Under the pieces are notes generated by a model, which was not told where the DNA came from, ran no database searches, and was given only the letters and a program-made list of their open reading frames with translations. Positions 46,704 through 64,000 of a stretch of 64,000 nucleotides of DNA are shown one piece after another. The position numbers and the translations under genes were made by a program. This DNA comes from Entomortierella parvispora E1425 (lineage: Eukaryota > Fungi > Mortierellomycota): positions 3,844,001 through 3,908,000 of the forward strand of contig BQFW01000002.1 of the NCBI GenBank assembly GCA_020891255.1, read 5' to 3'. The first letter of the stretch is position 1, and every line of letters begins with the position of its first letter.

Positions 46704-48865
46704 TTACCAGAAAACGGCCATGGCTAGCGCCATCAAGGTCGCCCACACACTCAGTCTGGTCTGGCTAACAAACAGGGTCGCCGAAGTACCCTCGCTGCTG
46801 GCCGCGCTCACCTCCACATCAGAACTGCCTCCGTGGGGGTAGTGCACAGGTCTCTTGACCCTATCAGGTGTTCCTGGCACGACATTGAAGCCCAATTGCT
46901 GCTCCAAACCCTCCGTACGTCCCTGAATCCATGGCTTCACCCCCAAGTTCATATCCTTAACCGGGCCAACGATACTCTGGTGGAAGTCTTTGACTGTCCA
47001 AGCATTTGTCTTTCCAGGGAAATTTGATCGATCAATCGAGTACTCCCATTCAATGTCCAGGGCCAGCATTTTCTCATAGGCGTCGATCCTTGGGAACAGA
47101 GCCTCGGGCTTGAACGCGTACGAGACCACTTCCTTGAGAATGGCCTCGAAACGGCTTTTGATCACTTGATTGTGCAGGATCAGCTTGGAGACCAACGGCC
47201 GATCGTGCTCGCCAGTCGCCATGTCCTTGGCCCAGTCTTGGTAGGTGGTCAGAGTATCGGTTGGGTCGCCGTCACCAAACGTGCCGTCGAAATCAGTCGA
47301 GATCCATTGCCATTTTTGCATCGCGGGATTAAAGTACATGAAGTAATTGGATCCTGACCACCAGTACGCGTCCCAAGAGCCTCCCAGGTACTCCATCGCC
47401 ATATTTCTCAAGAACCCATCCAAGTCCAGACGTTTGTCCCAGTACGCAACTGAGTCTGTCGAGAGGACGTCAAAGTCCGCGAGGTCCTTCATGAGCTGGA
47501 TGAGCTGCGTCATGGGCTCCAGGGGAGGGTTCGAGCCCAGTGTCTTCATCTTGTAGCAGTCTTTGGGGTAATCTTTGGAGGTAGGGCCATGGTAAGCGAG
47601 ATCGGCCTGTCGTTCCTCCAGAGGCGCGTTCATTTGCCAGAGCGAGCCTCGGGTCTGGAAGTGGTCGCCGTGATGGATGGTTTGCCTCAGGAACGACGGT
47701 CCAATGTCATCCACCATCAGATACAGACCAACTGGTTTCGAGTTCAAGTAAAGACGGACCCAGGCACCTTGCTGAGTGGGCACGCCCATAGCATTCAGGA
47801 CATCAATATAGATCTTTTCGCGCATCATGGTCTACTCGTCAAGTCATAGAAAAGAGCAGCCCAAAAATAGATGATATCAGTAGCGCGTTTTAGCCCATCA
47901 TCCTATCCTCCATCCATGCAGCATCGGAAAGAGAAACGGGGGAAAGGGGAGGGGAATATTGGCTTACTGGGTCCGAGGTCTCTGATCTCAACTTGATACT
48001 TGGTCTCTTGAAGAAGCCAGACTTCTCACCAGGGGCCGCGACCCTGTCCGAGTCAAACCTGAGCTTGAACGCCATCTTGTTAAACTCCATACTGGACTTG
48101 CCCGAGATGGACAGGGAGATGTTTCTGACGCTGTGCAGCAGCTTATGGTTGATGTATCGGAAGTCCACCTGCATCGGCAAGGCTTCGACCGGCTGCTGCA
48201 GCATGCCTTCGAATTGTGCCTGGCCTCCTTCACCGAGCGTGGTCAAATGGATCGTGGCTACCTGTGTGTCATCAAAGATTTTGGTTTTGGACATGGGCCA
48301 AGGGTCATAGACCAAGGGGACCAAAGGAAGGTTGGACCGAGTCACTTCTCGTTCGAAAAACTCGTTCTCGGTCGCAATGGCCTCGGGGTCTTTCAGAGTC
48401 CTTGAGAAGGCCTCGGCTCTGGTTGGGCTCCCGGCTCCGTCGAGTTGAACATATTTATATGATGAAAGGGAGGGGCCCGAGAGACCGACGACTGTACCAG
48501 ACCAAAGAGGGAAGGTCGAAGGAGAGCTCGAGAGCTTTGTGATCTTTCCGTCAATGGACACACCAAAGGCACCAGCAGCGTTATCTGGATAGCCTACGAC
48601 ATTGAAGGTGACTGTTGTGTAGATGGTGACGATGGTCGGAAGGAGTATGATGAAGAGTAGAGGAAGAGCAGGTCAAGAGGGATCGTTGAAGGCGTAAAAA
48701 AGTATGTTTGGTGGTGAGAAATCATATCTTTGATCATCCCCTGGAGAGCAAACAAAAAAGAGAGAGAGAAAAAAACAAATATCGAGAACCCCTACCATCG
48801 GCCACTGCAGACGATGCCAGCAGGACCAGTCCTGCCAGTCCTACCAAGAGCCTTTGTCTATTCAT
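46704..48865 (-). CDS. cotH: CotH-family secreted, GPI-type spore-coat kinase-like protein, 3 exons (48865-48796, 48611-47968, 47831-46704)
   Basis: Signal peptide MNRQRLLVGLAGLVLLASSAVAD. Motifs SGKSSMEFNKMAFKLRF, DPTMMREKI, VRLYLNSKPVGLYLMVDDI, WDAYWWSGSNY and WISTDFDGTFG. Hydrophobic GPI-like C-terminus. Confidence 0.92.
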
Positions 48866-49051
48866 AGCGATTTCCTTTGTAGTGCAAATCCTGTTAAAAA
48901 GTATTAAAAGTGAAGAAAGATGGATAATTGGAGGTTGTTTGACAAGAGGCAGGAATAAGGATGGGGGGGCCTAGTGTCAAAAGGATCTAGTTGGGCATGG
49001 TCGGATCGGTAAGGAAGAGAAGAAGGGGAGAAAGAGACAAAAAGTTGAAGA

Positions 49052-49079
49052 GACGCAAGACGCAAGACGCAAGACGCAG
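49052..49079. repeat. 7-bp tandem repeat (GACGCAA) x4 (last unit imperfect) upstream of cotH
   Basis: gacgcaagacgcaagacgcaagacgcag. Confidence 0.85.
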
Positions 49080-50144
49080 GTTCTCAAACAAAACTAGGTC
49101 TGACGAGTTGAAAGAAGGAAGCGAGGAGCCGAAGGAGTTCTTTTTTTTTTCTCTTTCTCCAAAAGTCATCGACTATGATGTTGGTAGAAAAGAGGTGGGA
49201 AGGGAGCAATTGTCGTTCGTTCTCTCTTAGTGTATGTGGCACAAGATCCGAGAAGATGATAGCTCACAGACCAATAAAAAAGAAAGCGAGGAGACGCGTT
49301 CGTCTTGCCTCGGTAACAAGTGCCGATGATCCCTGATGGTACTGTAGCATGGGCGGCCAGATGAACCATCGCGATGAAAACAAAAAAAAAAAAAGGCACA
49401 CGACAAAACCCAGGCTCTGGACGGGATCTCTCCTGTTCGACGGTCTCAAATGCTTGGGCGAAAGAAAAAAAAAAAAAAAAAAAAAAACGGAGGTACGAAG
49501 GTCTTTGTGAATTGGAGCTCCCTCCTGCTGCGCTTCGCTTCGCTAGCCATGTCATAACATGAACCCTCTTGTCGCACTTGCTGCCCCAGACCTCACACGA
49601 CAACCTTTTCCTTTTCGCTCACCAGAATGCAGGATGAAGATTATTCGGTTCTCTGCAGGAGGCCCGTTTTTCTTTGCCTTTTTTTTTTCCTGTCCTTCTT
49701 GATTGTCTTGTTAATGTTCACGTCTGACCTCGATGTTGCAAAGAACAAGAGATGTCTCCTCTTTCATAATCTTTTTCTTGAAATAAAAACTCTTCCTATA
49801 GATGATGGGACGATGATGTGATAAGAAACCAAGGGAGTGCATGGGGGGTTGGCAAAGAGAATAAGCAAAATAAAAAAGATGTGACAGTGCGAAGCATCCA
49901 TCATGAAGACGGAGAGACGAGACGGCTGCTTTTACCGAGAAGTCAGGGCAAGGAGGCATGCTCCCCTGCTGGGAAGAAATTGATCAAGGATTCGAATGGT
50001 AGGACGAGGAAAGCATTGATCCAAGACTGTGGCCCCACAAAAAGGAGTATTACATGAGACGCAAAGAGAAAAAGAGGACGCGTCTTTGCCTGTTTATTGG
50101 GTCGCTGATCATTACTTGCTCGACTATCTATAAGTGCTGTTGTC

Positions 50145-52994
50145 CTACTCCTCGCGCTTCAGGGGCCACAGGTGCTCTGAAGCAGCGACAGTCGTCTTTG
50201 TCTGGGTGCGAGCCTGAACATTTGTCGAAGATGATTGTGTCATATCCACCTTCACCTCGACATCTACATCCACTCGATCCTGATACTCATCCCCCTGTTC
50301 GATCCATTTGCCCACTCGTTCTTCAAAGTGAGTTCCAGGAAAGCTCTTGAAATAGAACCGGGCCCTGACCAGGTTTCTCTGATAGGTTACAGGCGCGTGG
50401 GACATAAGACTGGGGAACGACAAGAGGATACGTTCCAGCAAGCGTGGCTGGCGCAGTCGAGATAGCTCATCCACATCAAACAGTGCATTCGCCTGTGCAA
50501 TATCCTCGGCGACTTGCTTAGCCGTGGCCTCAATGATGACAGGATTGTCGGTGTTGCTCCTGGTCGTGGCCCTTGTCTCCTTTGACGAAGTCGTAGTAAT
50601 GGAGGTGGTTGTGGAGAAGTGCGTCACCGTCTTTTTTGAGCTGGATCCGTTACTCTTGGTACCAGTCTCAGATTCAAGGACGTTGGCTAACCTCCCAATG
50701 TTGGTCAACAGCTTTTTAACATCACCCTGCTTGCGCAGGACGCCGTGACACAAGTCCGCTTCAAAGACCGAGGGCTTGGCAACAGGCGAAGTGGCGGCGT
50801 GATTGATTTGGACAAGTTGACCAACATGCTGGTAGTCGAGAAGAGAGTTCAGGTGTTTTCTAGGAGGGTTTGCATGCTGGCCTACCACGTCATTGTTAGG
50901 GTATCCTCCAACATGGGCAGAGTGGTTTGAGCTATTCTGGTGTTGAAGCATTGAAACCTTTTCTCTTTTATCCACAGGCTCTCCCCTCAACCAGTTGTTG
51001 CGCTTTGCAGAGGACAGGTAAGGATATGGGCGATCGCAGGGCTCACTAGGATCCACGCTGCATCCAGGAGGAAGGCGAGGGACGACATCCTTATCGGCAG
51101 CCATACGCCAGTATGTTGTCTTGTACGGACTCTCCTTGCAATAGTGTACATGGTTTGTCGCAAACTCCTCTGCAAAAGTCGAGTCTCCAATCTTGGGACT
51201 CGCCTGACTGTAGGCATCTCTCAACACCAGCAGATCAGGGTCATCACTGAATCGAGCCAACATCTCTTCCAAGACAGTCCTGGGACGACGGCTTCCATTC
51301 GGGTTGGCGGCGGCTGTGGATGGGGTCTTTTCAGGATAATTTCCATTCTCGTCTTGATTCAAGGGATCGCTCTCCTGGATGGGCATCTGAAGACGCGCCA
51401 TCACAAGTGCGACGAGGGCGCCTCCGAGGGAGTGACCAGTGAGCCAGAGGTTGACAGGTTTTCCGGTCTTGTGCTTGGATATTTTTGCAATCTCAAAGAT
51501 GGAATGCATGATGGTGTTGAAGGGATTGGTCTGATCATACGTTGTGCTTTCATACCAGTCTACGGGCTTTGCATCGGGGAAGAGAGATTCATAGAAACCT
51601 TTGTGCACCTCTCCATAAAGGTACTCACTGGCATCCACACGTTGAATCGTCACATCAATCAAGTACTCGTCTACAGTGGTAATGAGTGGGCGGTTGACAT
51701 GACGGTGGTGACAGAGTTAGTTGGGAAGTGGCTTCAACCATAAAAAAAATCGGGGTCATATCACCTACTGAAGGCAAGGACAGAAGTTCCCTTGAAAACC
51801 AAGACAATCGCGTTATCGTTGTAAAACAGGCCTGCGTAGGGTCCTCCCAGTGTTTTGAGCTCACTGATCCCCATGAAACGCATTCCAAACTCTCGCTGTG
51901 CGTCCTCGTCAATGGTCTTTTCACTCTCCTGAAGAAGTCTTGCTGCTTCAGCCCTCTGAGGCTCATTCTTAACATTAAGCAAGATTTTGGAGGCTCGGGC
52001 CACGAGCTTGTCGTTGCGCTGGTAGCTCATACTGGACATGATCAAGAGCAAGTTGGCAATGTGGTAACTGAACCGTGGGTGATCTCGGGGCTGTCGATCC
52101 GCCAGCTGGCGAATGGCCTCATTCGTTCCATCTGGGTCCACAAAGTCTATTTGAGTACACAGCAGACAAAAAAAAAAAAAAAAAAAAACGGATAAACATT
52201 TCATTCAGTACCGCCACATGGTCTTGGTCCGTGGCTTTTGTTGGATTCTCTTCTGTTATCTTCTATCACGCGCCGATAGTAATTGCGCCCCTCTGTTGCT
52301 CCCATTTCCCAATGAACCGAACGACGACACAATACAAAAAAGTCTTACCCGTGTCATCAAAGAGCGCAATTTGATCATCAAAGAAGCGGCTGTAGAATCG
52401 GGCTCCAATCCTTGTGTAGTTGACCAGAATCACGAGCAATCCAATGCCGCCCTGGACAAGAGTCAAGACAACGATCAAGACGGGCAGCACGCCCATGGCG
52501 TAGACACGGCTAAAAATGTCATTGCCTGGGATCTGACTTGGATGCAGCACATGAGACAGGTAGAGATGCAGACCATCCGACAAAAAGTTGGCAAACATCA
52601 TGGGTTTGATCGACAGTGGTTCCTTGAGCGGGTGAGGTTTCGGAGGCACAGGCTCAGTGGGCGTTTTGGTTATCTTTGGTGAGATAGGGCTGGAACCAAC
52701 GGTAGTTGCATCGCCCATGGTCGCAGCAGCTGCGGCTGCATGCTGTTTTCGTCGAAGAAAGAGATCAAACCGACTTGTGAATTCGTCCAAGTGTCTACCA
52801 TTAACGCTGTAATATTTGGCAGGGGCTGCTCGCTGTCGTTCCTCTTGGGCTTTGCGCTGTTCCCTTAGTGTGGGCTTGCGGAATGAACGCGAGTTTTGGG
52901 CGGTGGCATAGGATGTCGACGTGGTCCTTGCCGTAGATGTGGAAGACTCCTGTCTGGTGCTCTCCGTTGCTGTTATTGTCGTCGTTGCCACCAT
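50145..52994 (-). CDS. Class-3 lipase (alpha/beta hydrolase) with N-terminal membrane segment, 3 exons
   Basis: Motifs IVLVFKGTS, GEVHKGFY, LWLTGHSLGGA (nucleophile), ADKDVVPRLPP (Asp) and SLMSHAPVTY (His). Introns begin at 52348 and near 51768. Confidence 0.9.
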
Positions 52995-53651
52995 TATACC
53001 TGATTCTTCACGGATGGCTGACGAAAGGGGCTTGCAGATGAGAGTCGATCAAGAGGGAAGGGGAAGAGAACCAAAAAAAAAAAAAAAAAAAAAGATGAGG
53101 AGAGGGAGCAAAAGAAGCAGTATTATGGCTTGGGAAAGTGACAAGGGGTGCTGTTCGAGGTGGTTTGTGCGCAGGAGGTGTGGAGCGTGCGATAGGAAGA
53201 CAGAGGTGGAAAAAGTGAAAAGACAAAGAAGAGAGAAGGAAGGTGAGGTCAACGCTCCAAAGCAGTTTTCACTGCAAATGATGAGGCACCGCGGAGAGAT
53301 CGGGCTGGGAGAGGAAAGACCTTTGCCTCGAGATCGCAAAGGGGGATAACAGGAGGCGGGAGGAGTGTGCGGCCTGAGCGAGACAAATCTGAGGAGAGAC
53401 AGAAAGGAACAGAAAGGAAAAAAGAAAGAAAGCAGCGGGCTGTGGGCATGGTTTGCATTGCGGCCGCAAACGCACGAGCAAGTGAGCGTGTTTGCTTCGG
53501 GTGCGTGATATGCCAGGAACTGGGCTCAGGAACGAATGCGATGGGCGAAGAACAGCAAGAATTCGGAGGACCTTCTCTCCGCCTTCCCCCTGAATCGCCA
53601 GCACCGCCGAACCTTTATTTCCTGTTTGGAAGGGAAATAAGCATTTTGCCA

Positions 53652-53964
53652 CCAATCTGAAAAAATGTCCACTCGCACCGTGCCGCCACTGCGTCCCACA
53701 TCCATCTTCCGGACAAATGATCCTCCCCCACCAACAACCGACAACCGCAGCAGTATAAAGGCTCCTCCATCTCTCTTTCTCGCATCTTTCTTCATCCTCA
53801 ACACTCTCCTCATCCTCTAAGCAAGGTAAGAAATCGCCCAATAGTAGATGCTCTGGACAAGACTTTTCAGCAACACCTTCTTCCTTCTCGTTCATCTCCC
53901 AACGACTCTCGCACCTATCCCCACAAGTTTCTAACGTCTCCCCTCGACTTCTCGCCACTGACAG
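53652..53964 (+). promoter_or_regulatory. CCAAT box, TATA box and 5'UTR intron of the 95-aa gene
   Basis: CCAAT at 53652, TATAAAG at 53754, donor AG|GTAAGA at 53826, branch CTAAC at 53931, acceptor CAG ending at 53964. Confidence 0.65.
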
Positions 53965-53981
53965 AGAACCACCCCAAAGAA

Positions 53982-54269
53982 ATGGCCTATATTACCATCG
54001 ACTTCTCTGAGTTCCTGCAGTTCAAGACAGCCTTGGCCTCAGTCGCCGTTGAGAGCGACCTCTTGGTCAGGACCTCTTTGAAGTACGACGAATCATTTAT
54101 TTCTGCGAGACTGTCTACAGCCAAGCCCAAGCCCCAGGACATTACCAATTGGACACCTTATGGAGCCAACAGGTGTGACCTCCCTTTGCATGGCGCCTTC
54201 AACGTGGAAGGCAAAGGCTGGATTGAATATCATATCGGCGAGCCGAGACTTGTATTTCACTATGTGTAA
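53982..54269 (+). CDS. Small orphan protein, 95 aa
   Basis: ATG in a good context (AAAGAAATGG) and C/G-ending codon usage like neighbouring genes. Sequence complexity is globular-like and the promoter and intron signals are complete. Family not recognised. Confidence 0.75.
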   Translation: MAYITIDFSEFLQFKTALASVAVESDLLVRTSLKYDESFISARLSTAKPKPQDITNWTPYGANRCDLPLHGAFNVEGKGWIEYHIGEPRLVFHYV

Positions 54270-54958
54270 AATGCCAATCTCTCGTTAACAATGTCAGTTC
54301 GAGACCCAGGGCAATTCAAGCCCTTCTTCCTCCACCGCCATTGTATTGTACACCGGCTTCACAAAAAAAAAAAAAATAAAGTCCGTAGCGTCGAGGCAGC
54401 AATTGAAGGTCAACTCTACCTCCCAGAAGCAATTGATGATTGTGGATGGTTTCTCAAAGACAACTTGTTCTCAATACACGACCGTGAGGCAATGCTTAGG
54501 GCCATTTGACAACAAACAACTCTATTGCTCTCACCCAACGCGCCGCAACTTAAAATGAGTCTTTCACGGCTGCACCGCGCCGCGTCTGAATGATGAGTGG
54601 CTCCAAGTGACCACGCACGCGTAATGTACGTGTCGGTCGTTGCTGTACGTATACGCCACCAATTTTAGATGTGACCGCCTTCCCCTTTTTTTGGGATTCA
54701 CCATCCCAGGGAAAAAGTGGGGCCACGACGGACGAATAAGTGCTTGTGTCCCGACCCCATGCTCTGCCTAAGGTGTTCATCCTCTTCATGCCTACCCATT
54801 CTTCCTTCAGCCTTCATGTTATCACTTCATATATCGACCATTATTGCCAGTAGAAGTTTATTAAGACAAAAGCGTGGAATATACAAAGTAGCAGCAACAA
54901 ACGAATCTCTTCTCGAAGGATGGAGAGCAAAAAAGGGAAGTGTGAACAAGAAAGTACC

Positions 54959-55858
54959 TCATACAAGGTACACCTGCATCGTCCGACCCTGAGCTCCCAG
55001 GCCTCGTACACGCAGCATGCGTGATGGTAGCGAGCTCATCTCTTGTAGCTGCTGATGCTTTGCAATTGATACCGCGGATGGGGATGAAAGCGAGTCTAGT
55101 GTGAACAGATCATCATCCTTGTTCGCTGCATTCTCCACCAGTGTCGAAAACAGGGGCGGTGAGCCGGGAGAGCTTGCAGGTGAGGAAGAGGACGAGCTTG
55201 AACTGGAATCCAAAAATGGAGGACTTGACGGCTGAGACGACGACCTTGAGCTGATGGTAGACAAACACGAAGTTTCAACACCTCCCACTGGCTTGCGAGA
55301 ATGCAGAATCAGCAAGTTCCGGTTCAGGTCTACGACATTGTTGGTAAGGTAGGATGAGGGATCGTTCGACCATTGTTCTCTTGATGATGCCCGGAAGAAT
55401 GAATCAGAGTGGGTACTTGAACGGCGACTGGAGGGGGTGGATATTGTTGGACTGGATTCTGAGGCCACTGCTACTGCTGTCTCATTCAACGTTGAAGCAG
55501 GAACAGATTCTGCCACAGGTGGTTCAGTCAGAGAAGGGTCGTAACTGAGGATGTCGACAGCCATGGACAGATCGGGATCATTCTGGATGCGAAAGGCAAA
55601 GACAATGCCTTTGGAGACATCTCCTTGGGCCGGTGACCGAACGGGGGTTCCTTTCCGGCGACGTTGCAGGACCTGGTCTAGACTTGGTTGTGGAGAGGGA
55701 GAAGATGCAATGGAAGGCGAGGAGGAAGCATACTTTGAGTACCGAGTAGCTTTGGTGGAGGGAGTAGAAGTGTTGCTTGAGGTGCGGTAAGGATGGGAAT
55801 CAGCCGCAGCGGATGTCGACTGCCTTGTCTTTCTTGCGGTGGTTTTTCTTTTGGCCAT
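54959..55858 (-). CDS. Ser-rich hypothetical protein, about 299 aa, single exon, basic N-terminus
   Basis: MAKRKTTARKTRQ start after a pyrimidine-rich leader. Short ordered-looking islands GIVFAFRIQNDPDLSMAVDILSYDP and NLLILHSRKP. No recognised domain. Confidence 0.65.
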   Translation of the reverse strand: MAKRKTTARKTRQSTSAAADSHPYRTSSNTSTPSTKATRYSKYASSSPSIASSPSPQPSLDQVLQRRRKGTPVRSPAQGDVSKGIVFAFRIQNDPDLSMAVDILSYDPSLTEPPVAESVPASTLNETAVAVASESSPTISTPSSRRSSTHSDSFFRASSREQWSNDPSSYLTNNVVDLNRNLLILHSRKPVGGVETSCLSTISSRSSSQPSSPPFLDSSSSSSSSSPASSPGSPPLFSTLVENAANKDDDLFTLDSLSSPSAVSIAKHQQLQEMSSLPSRMLRVRGLGAQGRTMQVYLV

Positions 55859-57748
55859 GGTGGTAGTATGAATAAGGGTAACAAAGAGGAGTGGAGAGGA
55901 GAAACGAAGAGCTAAGAAGGTACTTGGGAAGAGGAACGCTGGTGCGGAGGGTATTATGTACAATGCAGGGTAAAGAGTGGAGAGTGAAGAGACGGATGAG
56001 AAGGAGACAGTGAAGAATGATGAGTACGAATGAAAGAATGAAAAAAAGAGCTGAGGAAGAGGAAGAAAGAGAAGAAAGGACGGGGGAGTGGGAATGGAAG
56101 AGTTCGGCTGCAATGATGCAGGCTGTAAAGCGAGTGGCGTGGGACGAGTGAGGAGGACAGGCAAGGGAGTGGGTGGAAGAAGGGCGGACAAAGAGCTGCT
56201 GGTTGTTTCTTTCCCGGAAACGTTTTTTTTTTTCCTTTTCGTTTAGTCCTGACTCCGACCAGGCTGGCTGTGGCATGCTTGTTGCTGCCTGCCCTTTTGA
56301 TACCTTCTTGCACCCCCGCTCTGTAATACAGTTGCGAACAAGTGAATACATTTGTCTGCATTTCCTTTCATTGGCATGGGCATGTGGGTTGCCATGACGT
56401 TCATGGGTCTTAGTTGGAAACCGAGAGGGAGTAAGAAAGAGTGGGATTGGCGAGCTGTGGAGAGAGCTTCTCTTCTCTTCTTTCCGACAACCCGGTGCCA
56501 TAAGCAGCAGTGTATAAGACAAGGGGACGACCATTGAGAAGTAAAAAAAGGGTGAAAAAAGGGGGAGGGGACGAAGAGGGGTAGTGAAGTGGAGGGAACA
56601 AGGGTGCTTGCCAGTGATGATGGTGGCCGAAGCGGGGGAGAGGGGGAGGAGGAACAGGGACAAGAACAAGGAAGGGAAAACAACAAAGAGCCGGGCTGGC
56701 AGCCGAATGAACTGGCGACAGAGGAGAGATTAAACGAAGCAACGTATCGTTCAGGAGAGTTGGTCAGAAGGGCCGATCGATGGGAGTTTGATTGGATCAG
56801 AAAGGGGGCCTGGCCGTTGGAGAAAAGGGGGCAGGCAGCAAGGAGAGCCAGCGGGACCAGAGGGCGCGCTGGCCCTGCCCTCAGTCCCTGTTGCTGGCGA
56901 CCCTGCCGTCATTGGCGAGGCCCCTGTCCCGCGTGGTCCTCGTGGTGGCCATGCTTTTTTACTCTCACTCCTCTTGCGGCTTCATTTTCCTGTGGAAACA
57001 GCCGCACCAGTTGACAACCAGAAGAATCAAACAAACAAACAGGCCAGGCACACAAGGGATCAGTGAAGTGAATGCGCGAGCAGGCCAATCCTTCGAGGAC
57101 GAATGTCAGAACGAACGACAGACAGGGGAGAATGGACAGACCCAAGAGACAGAAAAGCCAGGCAGTCAGTCAGTCAGTCAGTCAATCGCTCAGAGAGTCA
57201 GCCATCCTGTCATCCTGTCCTGCCCATCCCATCGCTCTCTCATCCATCCATCCATCCACAGTCTTCTCCTCTCGAGGCTCGAAGGAAAGGGGAAAACTCT
57301 CCCAGCCAGCATGCTCTCAGCCTAATAATATTCCTATTTTATCTCAATTCGCGTCCGCACAACTCCACCTTCCACAACCTCCAGCATTGCTCTCACTTTC
57401 TTTTCTGTGTGCTCATCCCGCCCCTCCTTCCCTCCCTTTCCTTCCTCGCTGCCCCCTTTCCACCTCATCTCCTCGTCCTCACTCTCGAGTCTTTCGTTCC
57501 CTCTCTCTCTTTCTCATCTTACATCAACTCTTTCTCTTTTATCCCCTCCCATAACAACAAACACGCAGCTCTACATCACTTCTCCTCATAGACTCCACTC
57601 TTTCTCTCGGCCAGCATTCTCTTTACCCCAGCAACATCATCATCATCACTGGGCACGACATTCACATTTCATTTGCTCATCAGCTCACCAAAACTGACTT
57701 TTCCCTCACCATAAACCTCCCCACCCCCCCGCACTACAACCAGTCAAG

Positions 57749-63267
<5,519 letters not shown>

Positions 63268-63560
63268 AGGTTCTACCTCTTCGTTTCATCTCTCTTTTTT
63301 TTCTTTTTATTTTTACTATACCATCCATTTCTATTCATTAATATCGACTTTTCGACCCATTGTCATCTCCACCTATATCCGTAATCTTGCCTGTTTGTTC
63401 TCTTTCAAATGATCAAATCGTCCTCAAAAAAAACCCCCCATCTCCAAAAACCAAACAACCCAAAAATGAAACGACTTTTTTCCCCCCAAAAAAATATCGC
63501 AGACCGTATTCGTAATAAAAAAAATGCTCCAGTTTTTTATTGTTCTTTCTGGACACCCCA

Positions 63561-64000
63561 TTAGTGATTGCGAACGACATCGTCGACAGCCTGGGCAAAG
63601 TACTGCACGTTTTTGGTATTAAGACCAGCCATGGAGATACGTCCGTTGTCGGTGAGGTAGACATGGTACTTTTCCTTCAAGACTTTGACCTGTGGCGCGC
63701 TCAGGCCTGTGAAGGAGAACATGCCGATCTGGTCCACGATATGGTTCCAAGAGCCAGGGGTCTTTAGTCGAGTCAACTCGTTGAACAAGAGTCGTCGCAT
63801 CTCAATGATCCGGTTCGCCATTGATTTCAGATTCTGGTTCCACTCCTGGTATAGGTCCTTGTCCGACAAGACCAAACTCACGATCCTGGAACCATAAGCA
63901 GGGGGGTTGGAGATCACGGCCCTCTGGGCCTTGGCAATCTGGGACTCGATCTGATCCTTGATCTTGGGCGTCTTGGCGACAATGGTCAAGTTACCGGCGC
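63561..64000 (-). CDS. AAT2: Aspartate aminotransferase (Aat/GOT) C-terminal part; gene continues beyond the window
   Basis: RAVISNPPAYGSRIV, RIIEMRRLLFNEL..TPGSWNHIVDQIGMFSFTGL and YHVYLTDNGRISMAGLN. The cytosolic versus mitochondrial paralogue is not resolved. Confidence 0.92.
   Translation of the reverse strand, partial: AGNLTIVAKTPKIKDQIESQIAKAQRAVISNPPAYGSRIVSLVLSDKDLYQEWNQNLKSMANRIIEMRRLLFNELTRLKTPGSWNHIVDQIGMFSFTGLSAPQVKVLKEKYHVYLTDNGRISMAGLNTKNVQYFAQAVDDVVRNH

Noticed and set aside
53645-53653. PACE (Rpn4) element GGTGGCAAA upstream of the 95-aa gene; also at 38388
   Set aside because: The same 9-mer occurs inside coding exons (near 3500 and 28084) and is absent from the RPN2 promoter, where it would be expected if functional.

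Overview
Intron-rich eukaryotic DNA from a fungus. An early-diverging Mucoromycota/Mortierellaceae-type genome is inferred from the CotH gene, the gene content and the GT-AG introns with CTRAC branch points; the species cannot be determined from this window. I reconstruct 22 protein-coding genes by hand-splicing. In order they are: KU80 (3' part), YPT1, a mitochondrial TPR protein, a secreted Lys-C-like protease, PRM10/ThrE, ZRC1, an amino-acid permease, an alpha-arrestin, DUF2015, a TPR-MYND protein, SET6, a MIC26/27-LEA-like protein, RPN2, a Ser-rich orphan, HAP2, a Gln-rich orphan, CotH, a class-3 lipase, a 95-aa orphan, a second Ser-rich orphan, a KIN4-like kinase and an aspartate aminotransferase (3' part). 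I found no tRNA, rRNA, CRISPR array or recognisable transposon. I cannot point to a clear-cut new multi-gene system. The best leads are (1) an intron-bearing, bacterial-type Achromobacter protease I/Lys-C homologue, (2) a 95-aa orphan with a complete CCAAT/TATA/5'UTR-intron architecture, (3) a MIC26/27 domain fused to a long LEA-like tail, (4) a Ku80 ending in a DNA-PKcs-recruitment-like motif, and (5) two dense clusters of cis-motifs upstream of the zinc transporter and the arrestin. Exon coordinates are manual and family assignments are by motif recognition; no database search was run.
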